This document shows positions 30,105 to 40,012 of a stretch of DNA of 64,000 nucleotides, piece after piece. This stretch comes from Thermoanaerobaculia bacterium. GTDB taxonomy: Bacteria > Acidobacteriota > Thermoanaerobaculia > Multivoradales > Multivoraceae. A program made the translations under genes and the position numbers. The notes under the pieces were generated by a model. It was not told the origin of the DNA. It was given only the letters and a program-made list of their open reading frames with translations, and did no database searches. The stretch is from contig OY762911.1 in the NCBI GenBank assembly GCA_963666565.1, positions 2,752,001 through 2,816,000 of the forward strand, in the 5' to 3' direction. Numbering within the stretch: the first letter of the stretch is position 1; each line of letters starts with the position of its first letter.

Positions 30105-31270
30105 CCGGCTGGCACGCACGCCGGGACGACGGGTCGGGCGGCGCCGGCCCGCGCCGCCGCCGGGAAGTGCTGGCGCTGGTGCCGGTCCTGCTGTTCGTCG
30201 CCGGCTGCGAGGTACGCACGGGCCGGCCGGACGCGCTCTGGCTGCTGTGGCTCGGCCCGGCGCTGCTGCTGTTCTACGTCTACGCCTTTCGCGCCCGCGC
30301 GCGCCTGCTGGGCCGCTTCGCCTCCCGCGAGATGCTGCCGGGGCTGACCGCCGGCGTCAGCCGGCCGAGACGGCGGCTGAAGGCGTTCCTCGTGCTGGTC
30401 GCGGTGCTGGCGCTGGTCGCTTCGCTCGCCCAGCCGCGTTGGGGCTTCGTGTGGGAGGAGATCCACCGCGAGGGCGTCGACATCGTCGTCGCTCTCGACG
30501 TCTCGGACTCCATGCTCGTCCGCGACGCGGAGGCGGGCGGCGAACTGAGCCGTCTCGAACGGGCCAGACGCGAAATCGCCGACCTGCTGCAGCGGCTGGA
30601 GGGCGACCGAATCGCCCTGGTCGCCTTCGCCGGCAGCGCTTTCCTGGAACTGCCCCTGACCCTGGACTACTCGGCCGCTGCGCTGTTTCTGGAGGCGATG
30701 GCGCCGGACCTGATCCCGGTCAAGGGCACGGCGATCGGAGAGGCGCTCCGCGTCTCGCTCGAGGCGTTCGACCGGGTGGCCCGGACGGGATCGCGCAAGT
30801 CGCGGGCGATCATCCTGATTACCGACGGCGAGGATCACCTGGGCGAGGCGCAGGAGGCCGCCGAGGCCGCGGCCGAGGCGGGGGTGCGCATCTTTGCGAT
30901 CGGCATCGGACGGGACGAGGGCGCGCCCATTCCCAGGGAGGGAGGCGGCTTCCGCACCGACCGTCGGGGCGAGATCGTCCTGAGCCGGCTCGACGAAGCG
31001 GCGTTGCAGCGGATCGCCCTGACCTCGGGCGGCCGTTACGTCCGCTCGGTCACCGGCGACGTGGACCTCGAGCAGATCTACGCCCAGGGCATCAAGGCGC
31101 AGTTGGAGGACCAGGAGCTGGGCTCGAGCCGCCAGCAGCGCTGGGAGGAGCGGTTCCAGTGGCTGCTGGTCGTGGCGCTCGCGGCGCTGATGCTGGAGCC
31201 GCTGATCGGCGAGCGCCTGGGCCGCCGTGGCCCCGGCCGGGAGGGAAGGGACCATGCCGCGGCCGCGTGA
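30101..31270 (+). CDS. batB: BatB vWA-domain protein
   Basis: GTG at 30101 overlaps the batA stop; QPRWG, GVDIVVALDVSDSM, PLTLDY, ITDGEDH. Confidence 0.88.
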   Translation: MTGWHARRDDGSGGAGPRRRREVLALVPVLLFVAGCEVRTGRPDALWLLWLGPALLLFYVYAFRARARLLGRFASREMLPGLTAGVSRPRRRLKAFLVLVAVLALVASLAQPRWGFVWEEIHREGVDIVVALDVSDSMLVRDAEAGGELSRLERARREIADLLQRLEGDRIALVAFAGSAFLELPLTLDYSAAALFLEAMAPDLIPVKGTAIGEALRVSLEAFDRVARTGSRKSRAIILITDGEDHLGEAQEAAEAAAEAGVRIFAIGIGRDEGAPIPREGGGFRTDRRGEIVLSRLDEAALQRIALTSGGRYVRSVTGDVDLEQIYAQGIKAQLEDQELGSSRQQRWEERFQWLLVVALAALMLEPLIGERLGRRGPGREGRDHAAAA

Positions 31271-32231
31271 GGCGGCGAGTCGGCGTCGGCGCCGGGGCCC
31301 TGGCGCAGCCTGGCTGCCGGGACTTGGGTTGCTCCTCCTTCCGGTTGCCGTTGCGTCGCAGGCGCCGGAGGAGGCGCCGCCTCCTGGCTCCGCGAACGGC
31401 GAGGCGGATGCCGGCCAGAGAGCCGGCGCACCGACAGGCGAGGCGGAAACTCCGGAGAGTCCCCCGGTCGAGTACTCGTCCCCCTACGCCGCCTGGGACG
31501 CCGGCGCCTACGACCAGGCCCTGCGGGGATTCGCGGACCGGCAGACCCGGCGGCCGGACGACCCGGAACTGAACCTGAACGTCGGCGCGGCCCACTACAA
31601 GCTGGAGGACTTCGAGGCGGCGGCCGGCGAGTTCTACCGGGCGGCGGCGATCGGCGACGACGAGCTGCGCGCCCAGGCGCTCTACAACCTGGGGAACAGC
31701 GCCTACCGTCAGGGCAAGCTGAAAGACGCAGTCGACTTCTACAGGTCGTCCCTCGAGGCGAACCCCGACGATCTCGACGCGAAGTTCAACCTGGAGTTCG
31801 TGCGGGAGGAGATGACGCAGCGCCAGCAGCAGAACCAGGGCGGCCAGGACCAGGAGCAGAACCAGGACCAGCAGCAGGACCAGGGCCAGGAACAGGGAGA
31901 GAGCGGGCAGCAGCAGGACGATGCCGATCGGGGGCAGGCAGAGCAGCCCTCCGACGAGCAGCAGGAGCAGGGCGACCAGGGCCGGGACGAACAGCCGCAA
32001 GGCGGCGAGGGTCCGCAGGACAGTGAGGGAGACGACGTACCGGACGCGGCGGATCCCGACTCGCCGGCCGACGGGCCGGAGAGCGACGACCGGGGCGGCC
32101 CCGGGGAGCTGCCTCCGGGCATGACGCCGGAGGAGGCCGAGCGCTACCTGCAGGCGCTGGAAGAGGGGCGGCCGGACCCGACGCGGCGCGGGCAGCGCGG
32201 TCGCCGGAGCCGTCAGGCGAAGGACTGGTAG
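31254..32231 (+). CDS. batC: BatC TPR protein with Q/E-rich linker
   Basis: TPR YNLGNSAY...DLDAKFNLE, Gln-rich tract, MTPEEAERYLQALE, C-terminal KDW. Confidence 0.85.
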   Translation: MPRPREAASRRRRRGPGAAWLPGLGLLLLPVAVASQAPEEAPPPGSANGEADAGQRAGAPTGEAETPESPPVEYSSPYAAWDAGAYDQALRGFADRQTRRPDDPELNLNVGAAHYKLEDFEAAAGEFYRAAAIGDDELRAQALYNLGNSAYRQGKLKDAVDFYRSSLEANPDDLDAKFNLEFVREEMTQRQQQNQGGQDQEQNQDQQQDQGQEQGESGQQQDDADRGQAEQPSDEQQEQGDQGRDEQPQGGEGPQDSEGDDVPDAADPDSPADGPESDDRGGPGELPPGMTPEEAERYLQALEEGRPDPTRRGQRGRRSRQAKDW

Positions 32232-32235
32232 CGCG

Positions 32236-34065
32236 ATGGAACGCCGGATGCGAGGGTCACGCCTTGCCCGCGGGCGCGGGATCGCTGCTGTGGCAGCCTT
32301 GCTTCCGCTGCTGGGAGCGGTCGCGGCGAACGCGCAGCAGCCGGACCCGATCCAGGTCACCGTCGACCGCAACCAGGTCGCGCTGGGCGATCAGATCTAC
32401 CTGACGATCCGGATCGAGGGATCGCCCGACGCGCCGCCGAGGCTGCCCGAGCTGCCGGACTTCCGGGTCGTGTCGCGCGGCCAGCACCGCAGCACGCAGA
32501 TCGAGAACTTCCGGGTCAGCAACAGCACGTCGTACAACTACCTGCTGATCCCTACCCGGGCCGGCGCCTTCGAGATCGGTCCGGCGGTCGCCACGATCGA
32601 CGGCGCCGAGGTCCGGAGCCGGCCGTTCACGATCCAGGTCGCCTCCGCCGAGGAACGGGACGACGAGCAGAACCGGGACCTCTTCGTCGTCGCGACCGTG
32701 TCGACGGATCGGCCGTGGCAGGGGCAGCAGGTCGTCTACACCTGGCGCTTCTACAGCCGGGTGCCGGTGGGTCAGGGGTCCATCGAGTCGATGGAGTTCG
32801 GCAACGACGTCGTGGCCGAGGATCTGGGCGAGGTGCGCCAGTTCTCGACCCTGATCGACGGCGTCCAGTACTCGGTGAACGAGGTCCGCAAGGCGCTCTT
32901 TCCTCAGCGTCCGGGCGAGATCGTCCTGCCGCAGACCCAGCTCCGGGTGGAGGTGCAGGGCGAGGCGCCGCGCCGGCCGAGCCGGGTGCGCAGCATCTTC
33001 GACGACTTCGACAGTCTGCTCGGAACGGGAGGCCGCTGGACGACGAAGTACCTGCTCACGGAGCCCCTGACGCTTGCCGTGCGGCCGCTGCCGCCGCCTC
33101 CCGACGGTTGGAACGGCCTCGTCGGCGAGTTCGCCATCCGGGCGGAGCTTCGCCGGCGCGAGCTGCAGGTGGGGCAGTCGGCCACGCTGGAGGTCGAGGT
33201 CGGCGGCGCCGGCAACGTGCAGCTCCTGTCCGAGCCCGGCTTCCCGGAAATGCCGGCGTTCAAGGTCTATCCGGACCAGCCGGACGCGAGCATCGACCGC
33301 ACGGGCCGGCTGCTCGCCGGACGCAAGGTGTTCCGGCGGGCGCTGGTGCCGCTGGTGGCCGGCCCCCTCGACGTCCCGCCGATCGATCTCGTCTACTTCG
33401 ATCCCGAGCTCGGCGAGTACGCGACCCGGTCGACGGACCGCATCGACCTGGAGGTCGCACCGGCGGAGGGCGAAGAGGAACTCATGCTGACCGAGTCTCT
33501 CGCGCCGACCACCGGCAAGGTCGCGGTGAGAATCCTCGCCGACGACATCCTGCCGATTCGACGCGCCGCGGCGGGCATCGTCTCGGCGGCGCCGGAGGGC
33601 TGGCGCCAGTGGGCCTGGATCGCCTGCGGCGTGGCGCCGCCCCTCGCGTACCTCGCCTTGTTGGCGCACTACCGGCGGGAACGCCGCTACGCCGCCGACA
33701 GCACGCTGCGGCGGCGCCAGCGGGCGCTGCGAGGCGCTCTGTCCGCCGCGAGGGGGCTCCGTTCCGGTACGGGACCGGCCGCCGCGGCGGAGGCCTCCCG
33801 GATCGTGCGCCGCTACGTCGGCGACAAGCTGGGTCTCGAGGGCGCCGCCCTGACGCCGCCGGAGGCGGAGGCCGCGATGATCCGGGCCGGCGTGAATGCG
33901 GACCTCGCGGCGCGCTGCCGGTCGCAGCTCGAGCAGCTCGAAGCCGCGCAGTACGGATGGGCGCCGGTGGCGGGCGCCGGCGGCCTGGCGGCGGAGAGCA
34001 GCACCGAAAGCCTGAACGATCTGATCAGGAGCCTCGACAGGCAGCTCCGGAGACGGAGGACATGA
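32236..34065 (+). CDS. batD: BatD protein
   Basis: Signal peptide, VTVDRNQV, ALFPQRPG, GLVGEF, YFDP, C-terminal TM segment; position in the operon. Confidence 0.88.
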   Translation: MERRMRGSRLARGRGIAAVAALLPLLGAVAANAQQPDPIQVTVDRNQVALGDQIYLTIRIEGSPDAPPRLPELPDFRVVSRGQHRSTQIENFRVSNSTSYNYLLIPTRAGAFEIGPAVATIDGAEVRSRPFTIQVASAEERDDEQNRDLFVVATVSTDRPWQGQQVVYTWRFYSRVPVGQGSIESMEFGNDVVAEDLGEVRQFSTLIDGVQYSVNEVRKALFPQRPGEIVLPQTQLRVEVQGEAPRRPSRVRSIFDDFDSLLGTGGRWTTKYLLTEPLTLAVRPLPPPPDGWNGLVGEFAIRAELRRRELQVGQSATLEVEVGGAGNVQLLSEPGFPEMPAFKVYPDQPDASIDRTGRLLAGRKVFRRALVPLVAGPLDVPPIDLVYFDPELGEYATRSTDRIDLEVAPAEGEEELMLTESLAPTTGKVAVRILADDILPIRRAAAGIVSAAPEGWRQWAWIACGVAPPLAYLALLAHYRRERRYAADSTLRRRQRALRGALSAARGLRSGTGPAAAAEASRIVRRYVGDKLGLEGAALTPPEAEAAMIRAGVNADLAARCRSQLEQLEAAQYGWAPVAGAGGLAAESSTESLNDLIRSLDRQLRRRRT

Positions 34066-34868
34066 GACGCGCCGCGCTCTTCGTCGCGTTCGGCGCGGCC
34101 GCGGCCTTCCCGGCGCTGCCCCAGGACGAGGAGGCGCCCGCGTTCGGCCAGGTTCAGGCGGTCGACGGCGCCCCGGCGGCCCCGGAGCCGGCCGAACTCT
34201 GGGTGAACGGCAACGCCGCCTACGAGGCGGGCGACTTCGAGCGGGCGGTCGCCCTCTACGGCGCGATGCGCGAGATGGGGGTCGACAACGGCCACCTGCA
34301 TTACAACCTGGGCAACGCCTACCTGCGCGCCGGCGAACTGGGGCGCTCGATCGCCTCCTACCGCCGCTCGCTGAGGCTCCTGCCGCGCGACGAAGACGCC
34401 GCCGCGAACCTGGCCTTCGCCCGCCGGAGCGCGCGGGACGAGATCGCGCCGCCGGCGCCGCCCGCGCTCGTCCGCACCGTGCTGTTCTGGCACTACGGCC
34501 TGGCGCCGGCCGAGGTCCTGAGAAGCGCGGCGCTGGCCGGTCTCGGCTTCTGGATCGTGCTCGCGCTCCGGCTCTACCGGCCGGCGTCCGAGGTGCTTCG
34601 CTGGTCCGCCGTCTGCCTGCTGGCGGTCGGTCTTGCGCTGGGCGGCTCGCTCGTGGCGCACGCCGCCTTCAGCTCTCCGGTCGCCGTCGTCCTGCCGCAG
34701 GAGATCGATCTCCACGCCGCGGCCGGCGAAGGCTCGGTGGTCCGGTTCCGGCTTCACGCCGGCACCGAGGTCCGGGTCGTCGAGCGGCGTCCCGAATGGA
34801 CCCGGATCGAGTTGCCCGAAGGGCAGCGGGGCTGGTCGAAGCGGGAGTACCTGGAGATCGTCGAGTAG
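34062..34868 (+). CDS. batE: BatE TPR + SH3-like protein
   Basis: ATGA overlap; GNAAYEAGDF, HYNLGNAY, FRLHAGTEV...WTRIELPEGQRGW. Confidence 0.88.
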   Translation: MRRAALFVAFGAAAAFPALPQDEEAPAFGQVQAVDGAPAAPEPAELWVNGNAAYEAGDFERAVALYGAMREMGVDNGHLHYNLGNAYLRAGELGRSIASYRRSLRLLPRDEDAAANLAFARRSARDEIAPPAPPALVRTVLFWHYGLAPAEVLRSAALAGLGFWIVLALRLYRPASEVLRWSAVCLLAVGLALGGSLVAHAAFSSPVAVVLPQEIDLHAAAGEGSVVRFRLHAGTEVRVVERRPEWTRIELPEGQRGWSKREYLEIVE

Positions 34869-34944
34869 CCCGCCGTTCCGCGGGCGCCGTGCCCGGCGCC
34901 GCGTCAGCTTGCCCGGATTCGGCTCGAAGCCCTGCTCTCCGGAG

Positions 34945-35544
34945 CTATCCGGCCCCGGCGAAACGCCGCCCGAGAACGTCGAAGAAGCCGGCCATGAAGC
35001 GGTAGGTCAGGCCCCAGACGATGTGCCGTTCGGGATCGCCCACCACGACGCCCGGGAAGCTCACTTCCGGGTAGGGCGGGTGCCGATAGTCGATGGCCCG
35101 GGAAGGCTCCTCGAACCAGGCCAGGGGCGCCCAGAGCGCTTCGGCGACTTCGTAGTTCGGCGTGAGGTCGTTTCCGGCGCCGGCGTCCACTTCGTAGACG
35201 AAGGCCGCGATGCGGAGTTGCCTTCCCTGGCCGGCGCGCTGGCCGGTCTGGTCGTCGAGCCGGCCGATCGGGCGCGCGCCCTCGAGCGAGAGGCCGACCT
35301 CCTCCTCGGTCTCTCGCTCGGCGGTGTGCCGGAGGTCCCGATCCGTGTCGTCGTGCCGGCCCCCGGGGAACGCCATCTGGCCGGACCACGGGTCCCGCGG
35401 CTTCTTCGATCGCTCGATGAACAGAGCTTCCGGTCCGGCCGCCGACGGGCGCAACACCATCGCGACGCTCGCCTCGAACGCGGCCGGCGGCAGGATCTTC
35501 GGCTCGTGCGCCGCGAGCCGTCGCCGGATCCCGGCGATGTCCAT
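34945..35544 (-). CDS. Nudix CoA pyrophosphatase family
   Basis: ASVAMVL, LFIERS...DPWSGQMAFPGG, TAERETEEEVG Nudix box, VWGLT. Confidence 0.88.
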   Translation of the reverse strand: MDIAGIRRRLAAHEPKILPPAAFEASVAMVLRPSAAGPEALFIERSKKPRDPWSGQMAFPGGRHDDTDRDLRHTAERETEEEVGLSLEGARPIGRLDDQTGQRAGQGRQLRIAAFVYEVDAGAGNDLTPNYEVAEALWAPLAWFEEPSRAIDYRHPPYPEVSFPGVVVGDPERHIVWGLTYRFMAGFFDVLGRRFAGAG

Positions 35545-35694
35545 GACGGGCGGCGGCGAGGCGGCCGTATCGTCGTCGGCGGCTGCCTGCGCACCCCGAT
35601 CGGATGTCGAACGATGTCGTGCCGCGACCCGCATGGGGCCGGTACCTTCTCACATTCCGTAGTGGAGTGCGCGGCCGGTTCCGGGTCAGGGATC

Positions 35695-35716
35695 GCTACG
35701 ATCAATGCTACGATCA
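35695..35716 (+). promoter_or_regulatory. Direct repeat GCTACGATCA x2 containing -10-like TACGAT; candidate vapBC promoter/operator
   Basis: GCTACGATCA-AT-GCTACGATCA about 35 nt upstream of vapB. Confidence 0.45.
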
Positions 35717-35749
35717 GCCGAGCATGAAGCAAACCCGGAGGACGACACG

Positions 35750-36058
35750 ATGGCGATCAACATCGCGCACCGGCCGGATCTCGACAAACGGGTCGAGTAC
35801 CTTGCGAAGGTGATGTACGGGGGCGTGCGGGGCAGCAAGGTGAAGGTGATCGAGAAGGCGATCGACGCGCTCGAGGAGAAGCGAGGCAGCCGGAAGTGCA
35901 GTCCGGAGGAGATCCGGACGACCCTCAACAGGTTCCTCAAGAACGGTCCGCGCCTGAGGGCGGAGGCTCTGGCTGCCGATCCGACCCTCGACCCGAGCCG
36001 TCCGCTGTCCGAGACGCTCTTCGAGAAGCTCTACGATGAGCGGGGCCTGCCACGGTGA
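35750..36058 (+). CDS. vapB: VapB-type antitoxin (Rv0623-like)
   Basis: GGAGGA RBS; MAINI N-terminus and LYDERGLP C-terminus; GTGA overlap with the PIN toxin. Confidence 0.75.
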   Translation: MAINIAHRPDLDKRVEYLAKVMYGGVRGSKVKVIEKAIDALEEKRGSRKCSPEEIRTTLNRFLKNGPRLRAEALAADPTLDPSRPLSETLFEKLYDERGLPR

Positions 36059-36462
36059 TCGCGGTCGATTCGTCGGCGGTCGTGGCGATCCTTCATGAGG
36101 AGCCGGAGTGCAAGAGCTTCGTTGAGTGCATCCTGCGGGCTGGCGGCGCGGTCGTCTCGGCCGCCTCCATTGTCGAGCTGGCCGCGGTCACCGCCGGCAA
36201 GAAGCTGGCCTCGCGCGCGCTCGACGAGTTTCTCCTGACTCCTTTCGTTCAGATCGAGCCGGTCGACGTCGAGCAGGCGCTGATCGGCGTCGAGGCGTAT
36301 CGCCGCTTCGGCCGGGGGCAACACCCCGCGCGCCTGAACCTGGGAGATGCGTTCGCCTACGCTCTCGCGCGCCGGAAGAACCTGCCGCTGCTGTTCAAGG
36401 GCGACGACTTCGCGAAGACGGACATCGAGCCGGCCTTGCCGGCGGAGTCGCGGACCGATTGA
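36055..36462 (+). CDS. vapC: VapC PIN-domain toxin
   Basis: VDSSAVVAIL.EEPE, HPARLNLGDAFAYALA, PLLFKGDDFAKTDI. Confidence 0.93.
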   Translation: MIAVDSSAVVAILHEEPECKSFVECILRAGGAVVSAASIVELAAVTAGKKLASRALDEFLLTPFVQIEPVDVEQALIGVEAYRRFGRGQHPARLNLGDAFAYALARRKNLPLLFKGDDFAKTDIEPALPAESRTD

Positions 36463-36626
36463 CGTGCGGAACGCCCTCGTGGCGCCGCGGGCGACGGGCG
36501 CGTGTCGATCCAACGGGCTACGCGCCGAACGTCCCCTTGAGCCAGTCGATCGGCACCCGGTCGAACTCCTCGGGCTTCTCCTGCTGGGTCCAGTGGCCCG
36601 CACCCCCTGCTAGCCTGCGTTCCGCG

Positions 36627-36959
36627 ATGAAGCGCTTCTACCTCCTACTCTGCGTCTTGGGCACGGTGCTGCCGTACTGGCAGTTCCTGCGGTTCTTCCT
36701 GGGCGACGCCGGGTTCGACCTGCCCGGCTTCATCGGCGCGGCGACGGCCAATCCGGTAGCGGCCGGCTTCAGCATCGACCTCGTCGTGTCGTCCGCCGCG
36801 TTCTGGGTCTTCCTGTTCACGGACGGCCGCCGACACCGTATCGGCCATCTGTGGGTGTACGTCGCGGCGAACCTGCTGGTCGGCCTGTCGCTGGCGCTGC
36901 CGCTCTACCTCTACCGCCGCGCGGCGGCGATCGAACCACTGGGTACGCGTGTCTTCTGA
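36627..36959 (+). CDS. DUF2834-like small membrane protein
   Basis: MKRFYLLLCVLGTVLPY...ANPVAAGFSIDLVVS...LLVGLSLALPLYLYRR. Confidence 0.8.
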   Translation: MKRFYLLLCVLGTVLPYWQFLRFFLGDAGFDLPGFIGAATANPVAAGFSIDLVVSSAAFWVFLFTDGRRHRIGHLWVYVAANLLVGLSLALPLYLYRRAAAIEPLGTRVF

Positions 36960-36960
36960 C

Positions 36961-37016
36961 CCGCTGCCGCCGCCAGGCGGCCGGGAGACGCCGCCGCGAA
37001 GCGGCGACCTGCCGCC
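36961..37016 (+). repeat. Family R1 repeat copy (partial)
   Basis: GCTGCCGCCGCCAGGCGGCCGGGAGACGCCGCCGCGAAGCGGCGACC matches the core at 13759-13800 and the reverse complement of 52150-52210. Confidence 0.7.
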
Positions 37017-37080
37017 GTGCCCGGGCCGCCCGCGGACGGCGCGGGCCGCGACGGCCTGAGCTGGCTGGAGTTTCCTCGAT

Positions 37081-37575
37081 TCAGGACGTCGCGTCCGGCG
37101 GCCACGGCTTGGTGCGGATGACACGACCGACGTCGCCCGGCTCGGCAATCGCGCGCTGCTTCGAGAGCACCTCGCTCATCCGCTCGTGAATCTCGGGCGG
37201 AAAGAGAGTGCTGCGCCGCGTGTCCAGGTCGATATGGATGCTCAGCAGCTCGTGCGTCGCGGCGACGTAGCCTTCCTCGGCGTGCAGCATGCGCATGAAG
37301 GTGTGGTACTTCTTGTCGTCGAAGCCCAGAAGCTCCGCTTCGACCATGATCGGCGCGCCCTCCGGCAGTTCCCTCAGCCAGGTGAGATGGCTGTCGATGG
37401 AGAACGTGGAGCGCCGGTGCGAGCGGCGGTAGGTCCGGTCGATGCCCAGGAACGCGGTCCAGGGGCCCGTCGCGTCGTCGAACGCGACCAGGTAGTAGCC
37501 GGCGTTCATGTGGCCGTTGTGGTCGATCCACTCCGGCAGGACCGTAGCGGTCCAGATCTGCTGCGGGTCGGTCAA
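37081..37575 (-). CDS. Hotdog-fold thioesterase (4HBT-like); start uncertain
   Basis: VLPEWIDHNGHMNAGYY..AFDDA, STF...HL..LREL, HIDLDTRRS. Confidence 0.8.
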   Translation of the reverse strand: MTDPQQIWTATVLPEWIDHNGHMNAGYYLVAFDDATGPWTAFLGIDRTYRRSHRRSTFSIDSHLTWLRELPEGAPIMVEAELLGFDDKKYHTFMRMLHAEEGYVAATHELLSIHIDLDTRRSTLFPPEIHERMSEVLSKQRAIAEPGDVGRVIRTKPWPPDATS

Positions 37576-37767
37576 GTGGGGGTCCAGGAGCTTGCGCCGG
37601 AATGCGCAGCGTAGCAAGTCCGCGGCGCAAGCTCCTGGACGAGGACGGGATGGGCCGAAGCGCCGAGCCTGCGAGGAGCTTCGAGGCGGCAACTGGAAGC
37701 GGCTCTTGCGCCTGGAACACCTTGCTACGATCCCGCGCCGGACACGGCCACCACAGGAGTCCCTCGC

Positions 37768-38607
37768 ATGAGAGTCGGCATCTCGCTCCCCGTCCGCGAA
37801 CTGAAGGACGATCTCGGCGCGGTCAAGGCGTTCGCGCAGGCCGCCGATGAACTCGGCTACACCCACCTGCGCGTGCCGGACCTGGTCGCCCGGCCGAAGA
37901 GCGGGCACCTTCATGAGCCCCTCGTCCTGCTGGCATACGTCGCCGCGACGGTGGTGAACATCGAACTCGTACCCTCGGTCATCGTCACCCCGTCGCGCCA
38001 GACGGTGCTGCTGGCGAAGCAACTGGCGACACTCGAACGGCTGTCGGGGGGCGGCGTGCGTCTCGGCGTCGGCGTCGGCGGCAGCGAGGCCGAGTACCGG
38101 GCGCTGGGGCAGGACTTCCGTACCCGCGGCGCGCGCTGCGAAGAACAACTGGAGCTGCTGCGGCGCCTGTGGACGGAGCCGAACGTCGACTTCGAGGGCC
38201 GCTGGGACGTGGTCCAGGGCACGGGCATCGATCCCTTGCCGTCTCGTGCGATCCCGATCTGGATCGGCGCGCGCGGGTTGCCGGTGCCTCGCATACGCCG
38301 CCGCATCGGCCGGCAGGCGGACGGCTGGTTCGTCCTGTGCTCGCCGGAGGACTTCGACGATCTCTCGTCCGACATTCACGTCGCGGCGCGGGCCGCAGGC
38401 CGGGAACCGGCGGCCATCGGCACGGAGGCTGGTGTCGCGGTGGTGGGGCCGCGCGAGCACGAGTGGCAGGATCGCGTCCGGGGCTGGCGGGAGAAGGGGT
38501 TGACCCACCTGTGCCTACGCACCTTGGGAGGCGGTCTGGGCGGGGACGCGGACGCGCACATCGCGAAGGCAAGACAGGCCTTCGAGGAGCTGCAGGAGCT
38601 GTTCTGA
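37768..38607 (+). CDS. LLM-class (luciferase-like, possibly F420-dependent) oxidoreductase
   Basis: [48 protein letters not shown]. Confidence 0.85.
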   Translation: MRVGISLPVRELKDDLGAVKAFAQAADELGYTHLRVPDLVARPKSGHLHEPLVLLAYVAATVVNIELVPSVIVTPSRQTVLLAKQLATLERLSGGGVRLGVGVGGSEAEYRALGQDFRTRGARCEEQLELLRRLWTEPNVDFEGRWDVVQGTGIDPLPSRAIPIWIGARGLPVPRIRRRIGRQADGWFVLCSPEDFDDLSSDIHVAARAAGREPAAIGTEAGVAVVGPREHEWQDRVRGWREKGLTHLCLRTLGGGLGGDADAHIAKARQAFEELQELF

Positions 38608-38642
38608 CGCCTGTCGAGCATCGCCCGGCTTCACCGTTCGCC

Positions 38643-38671
38643 TTGACACGCCGGCGCTCAGCGAGCACAAT
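38643..38671 (+). promoter_or_regulatory. Sigma70-type promoter of the lys leader
   Basis: TTGACA-17 nt-CACAAT. Confidence 0.7.
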
Positions 38672-38681
38672 CCCCGTTTCC

Positions 38682-38774
38682 ATGACTCAATCGACGATCA
38701 CACCGTCTCTGGTCAAGCCGCTGCACAAGCGGGGCGTGAAGCCCCGACTTCAGGACTGGGTGCCCATCGCCTAG
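38682..38774 (+). CDS. Putative lysine leader peptide (30 aa)
   Basis: [30 protein letters not shown] with three AAG Lys codons, between the promoter and a terminator upstream of homocitrate synthase. Confidence 0.65.
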   Translation: MTQSTITPSLVKPLHKRGVKPRLQDWVPIA

Positions 38775-38795
38775 AAACCCGCAGCGACACTTCTC

Positions 38796-38832
38796 GGCCG
38801 GCCATCCAGTTCAAGGATGCGCCGGCTTTCTT
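38796..38832 (+). terminator. Intrinsic terminator (attenuator) hairpin
   Basis: GCCGGC-CATCC / AGTTCAA loop / GGATG-C-GCCGGC followed by TTTCTT. Confidence 0.7.
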
Positions 38833-38851
38833 GTATCCGGAGGATCCCTCC

Positions 38852-40012
38852 ATGCCTTCCCATCCAGCCATCATCGAGTCGACCCTGCGCGAGGGTGAGC
38901 AGTTCGCCAACGCCTTCTTCGACAGCGACCAGAAGGTGGAGATCGCGCGCCTGCTGGACGCGTTCGGGGTCGAGTACCTCGAGTTGACCTCGCCAGCCGC
39001 GAGCCGCGGCAGCCGGCAGGACTGTCAGCGGGTGGCGAGCCTGGGGCTCCGCGCCAAGGTACTGACCCACACCCGCTGCCATCTGGACGACGCGAGGCTG
39101 GCGCTCGAAACCGGCGTCGACGGGATCGACGTCGTCTTCGGCACCTCCCGCTACCTGCGGGAGTACTCCCACGGCAAGAGCATGGAGCAGGTGATCGAGA
39201 CGGCGGTCGAAGTGGTCGAGTACATCCGGTCGCACGATGTCGAGGTTCGCTTCAGCACGGAGGACTCCTTCCGCAGCGATCCGGACGATCTGATCCGGGC
39301 CTACCGCGCGGTGAACGAGGTCGGCGTGAACCGGGTCGGCGTCGCCGACACCGTGGGCGTGGCGAGTCCGCGTCAGGTCTACGACCTGGTGCGTCAACTC
39401 CGCGAGGAAGTCGACTGCGACATCGAGTTCCACGGCCACAACGACACCGGCTGCGCGGTCGCCAACGCCTTCTGCGCGCTGGAGGCGGGTGCGACCCACG
39501 TCGACACGTCGGTGCTCGGAATCGGCGAGCGGAACGGCATCACGCCGCTCGGCGGCCTGGTCGCGCGGCTCTACGCCGAGGATCCCGAAGGCGTTCGGTC
39601 GCGCTACGACCTGCCGCTGCTGCGCGAGATCGAGAACTACGTCGCTTCCCTCGTCGAGGTCGACGTGCCGTTCAACAACTACATCACCGGCTACACGGCG
39701 TTCACGCACAAGGCGGGCATCCACGCCAAGGCGATCCTGAACGACCCGTCGACCTACGAGATCCTCGATCCGGCCGACTTCGGTCTCGACCGCTACGTCC
39801 ACGTCGCGCATCGCCTCACCGGCTGGAACGCGATCAAGTCCCGCGTCGAGCAGTTGCGGCTTGAACTGAGCGATGCGCAGATCAAGGACATCACGGCCCA
39901 CATCAAGGCGCTGGCCGATGAAAAGCCGCTCAGCCTGTCGGACGTCGACGCCCTGCTGCGCGAGTACCACACGGCGGAGTTGCTGCCGGCGGTGGCGGGA
40001 GCGGCCGGGTGA
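38852..40012 (+). CDS. hcs: Homocitrate synthase (Thermus/fungal Lys20 type)
   Basis: GGAGGA RBS; [49 protein letters not shown]. Confidence 0.92.
   Translation: MPSHPAIIESTLREGEQFANAFFDSDQKVEIARLLDAFGVEYLELTSPAASRGSRQDCQRVASLGLRAKVLTHTRCHLDDARLALETGVDGIDVVFGTSRYLREYSHGKSMEQVIETAVEVVEYIRSHDVEVRFSTEDSFRSDPDDLIRAYRAVNEVGVNRVGVADTVGVASPRQVYDLVRQLREEVDCDIEFHGHNDTGCAVANAFCALEAGATHVDTSVLGIGERNGITPLGGLVARLYAEDPEGVRSRYDLPLLREIENYVASLVEVDVPFNNYITGYTAFTHKAGIHAKAILNDPSTYEILDPADFGLDRYVHVAHRLTGWNAIKSRVEQLRLELSDAQIKDITAHIKALADEKPLSLSDVDALLREYHTAELLPAVAGAAG

Noticed and set aside
31820-32000. CAG/GAC-rich low-complexity tract
   Set aside because: It encodes the usual Q/E/D-rich BatC linker.
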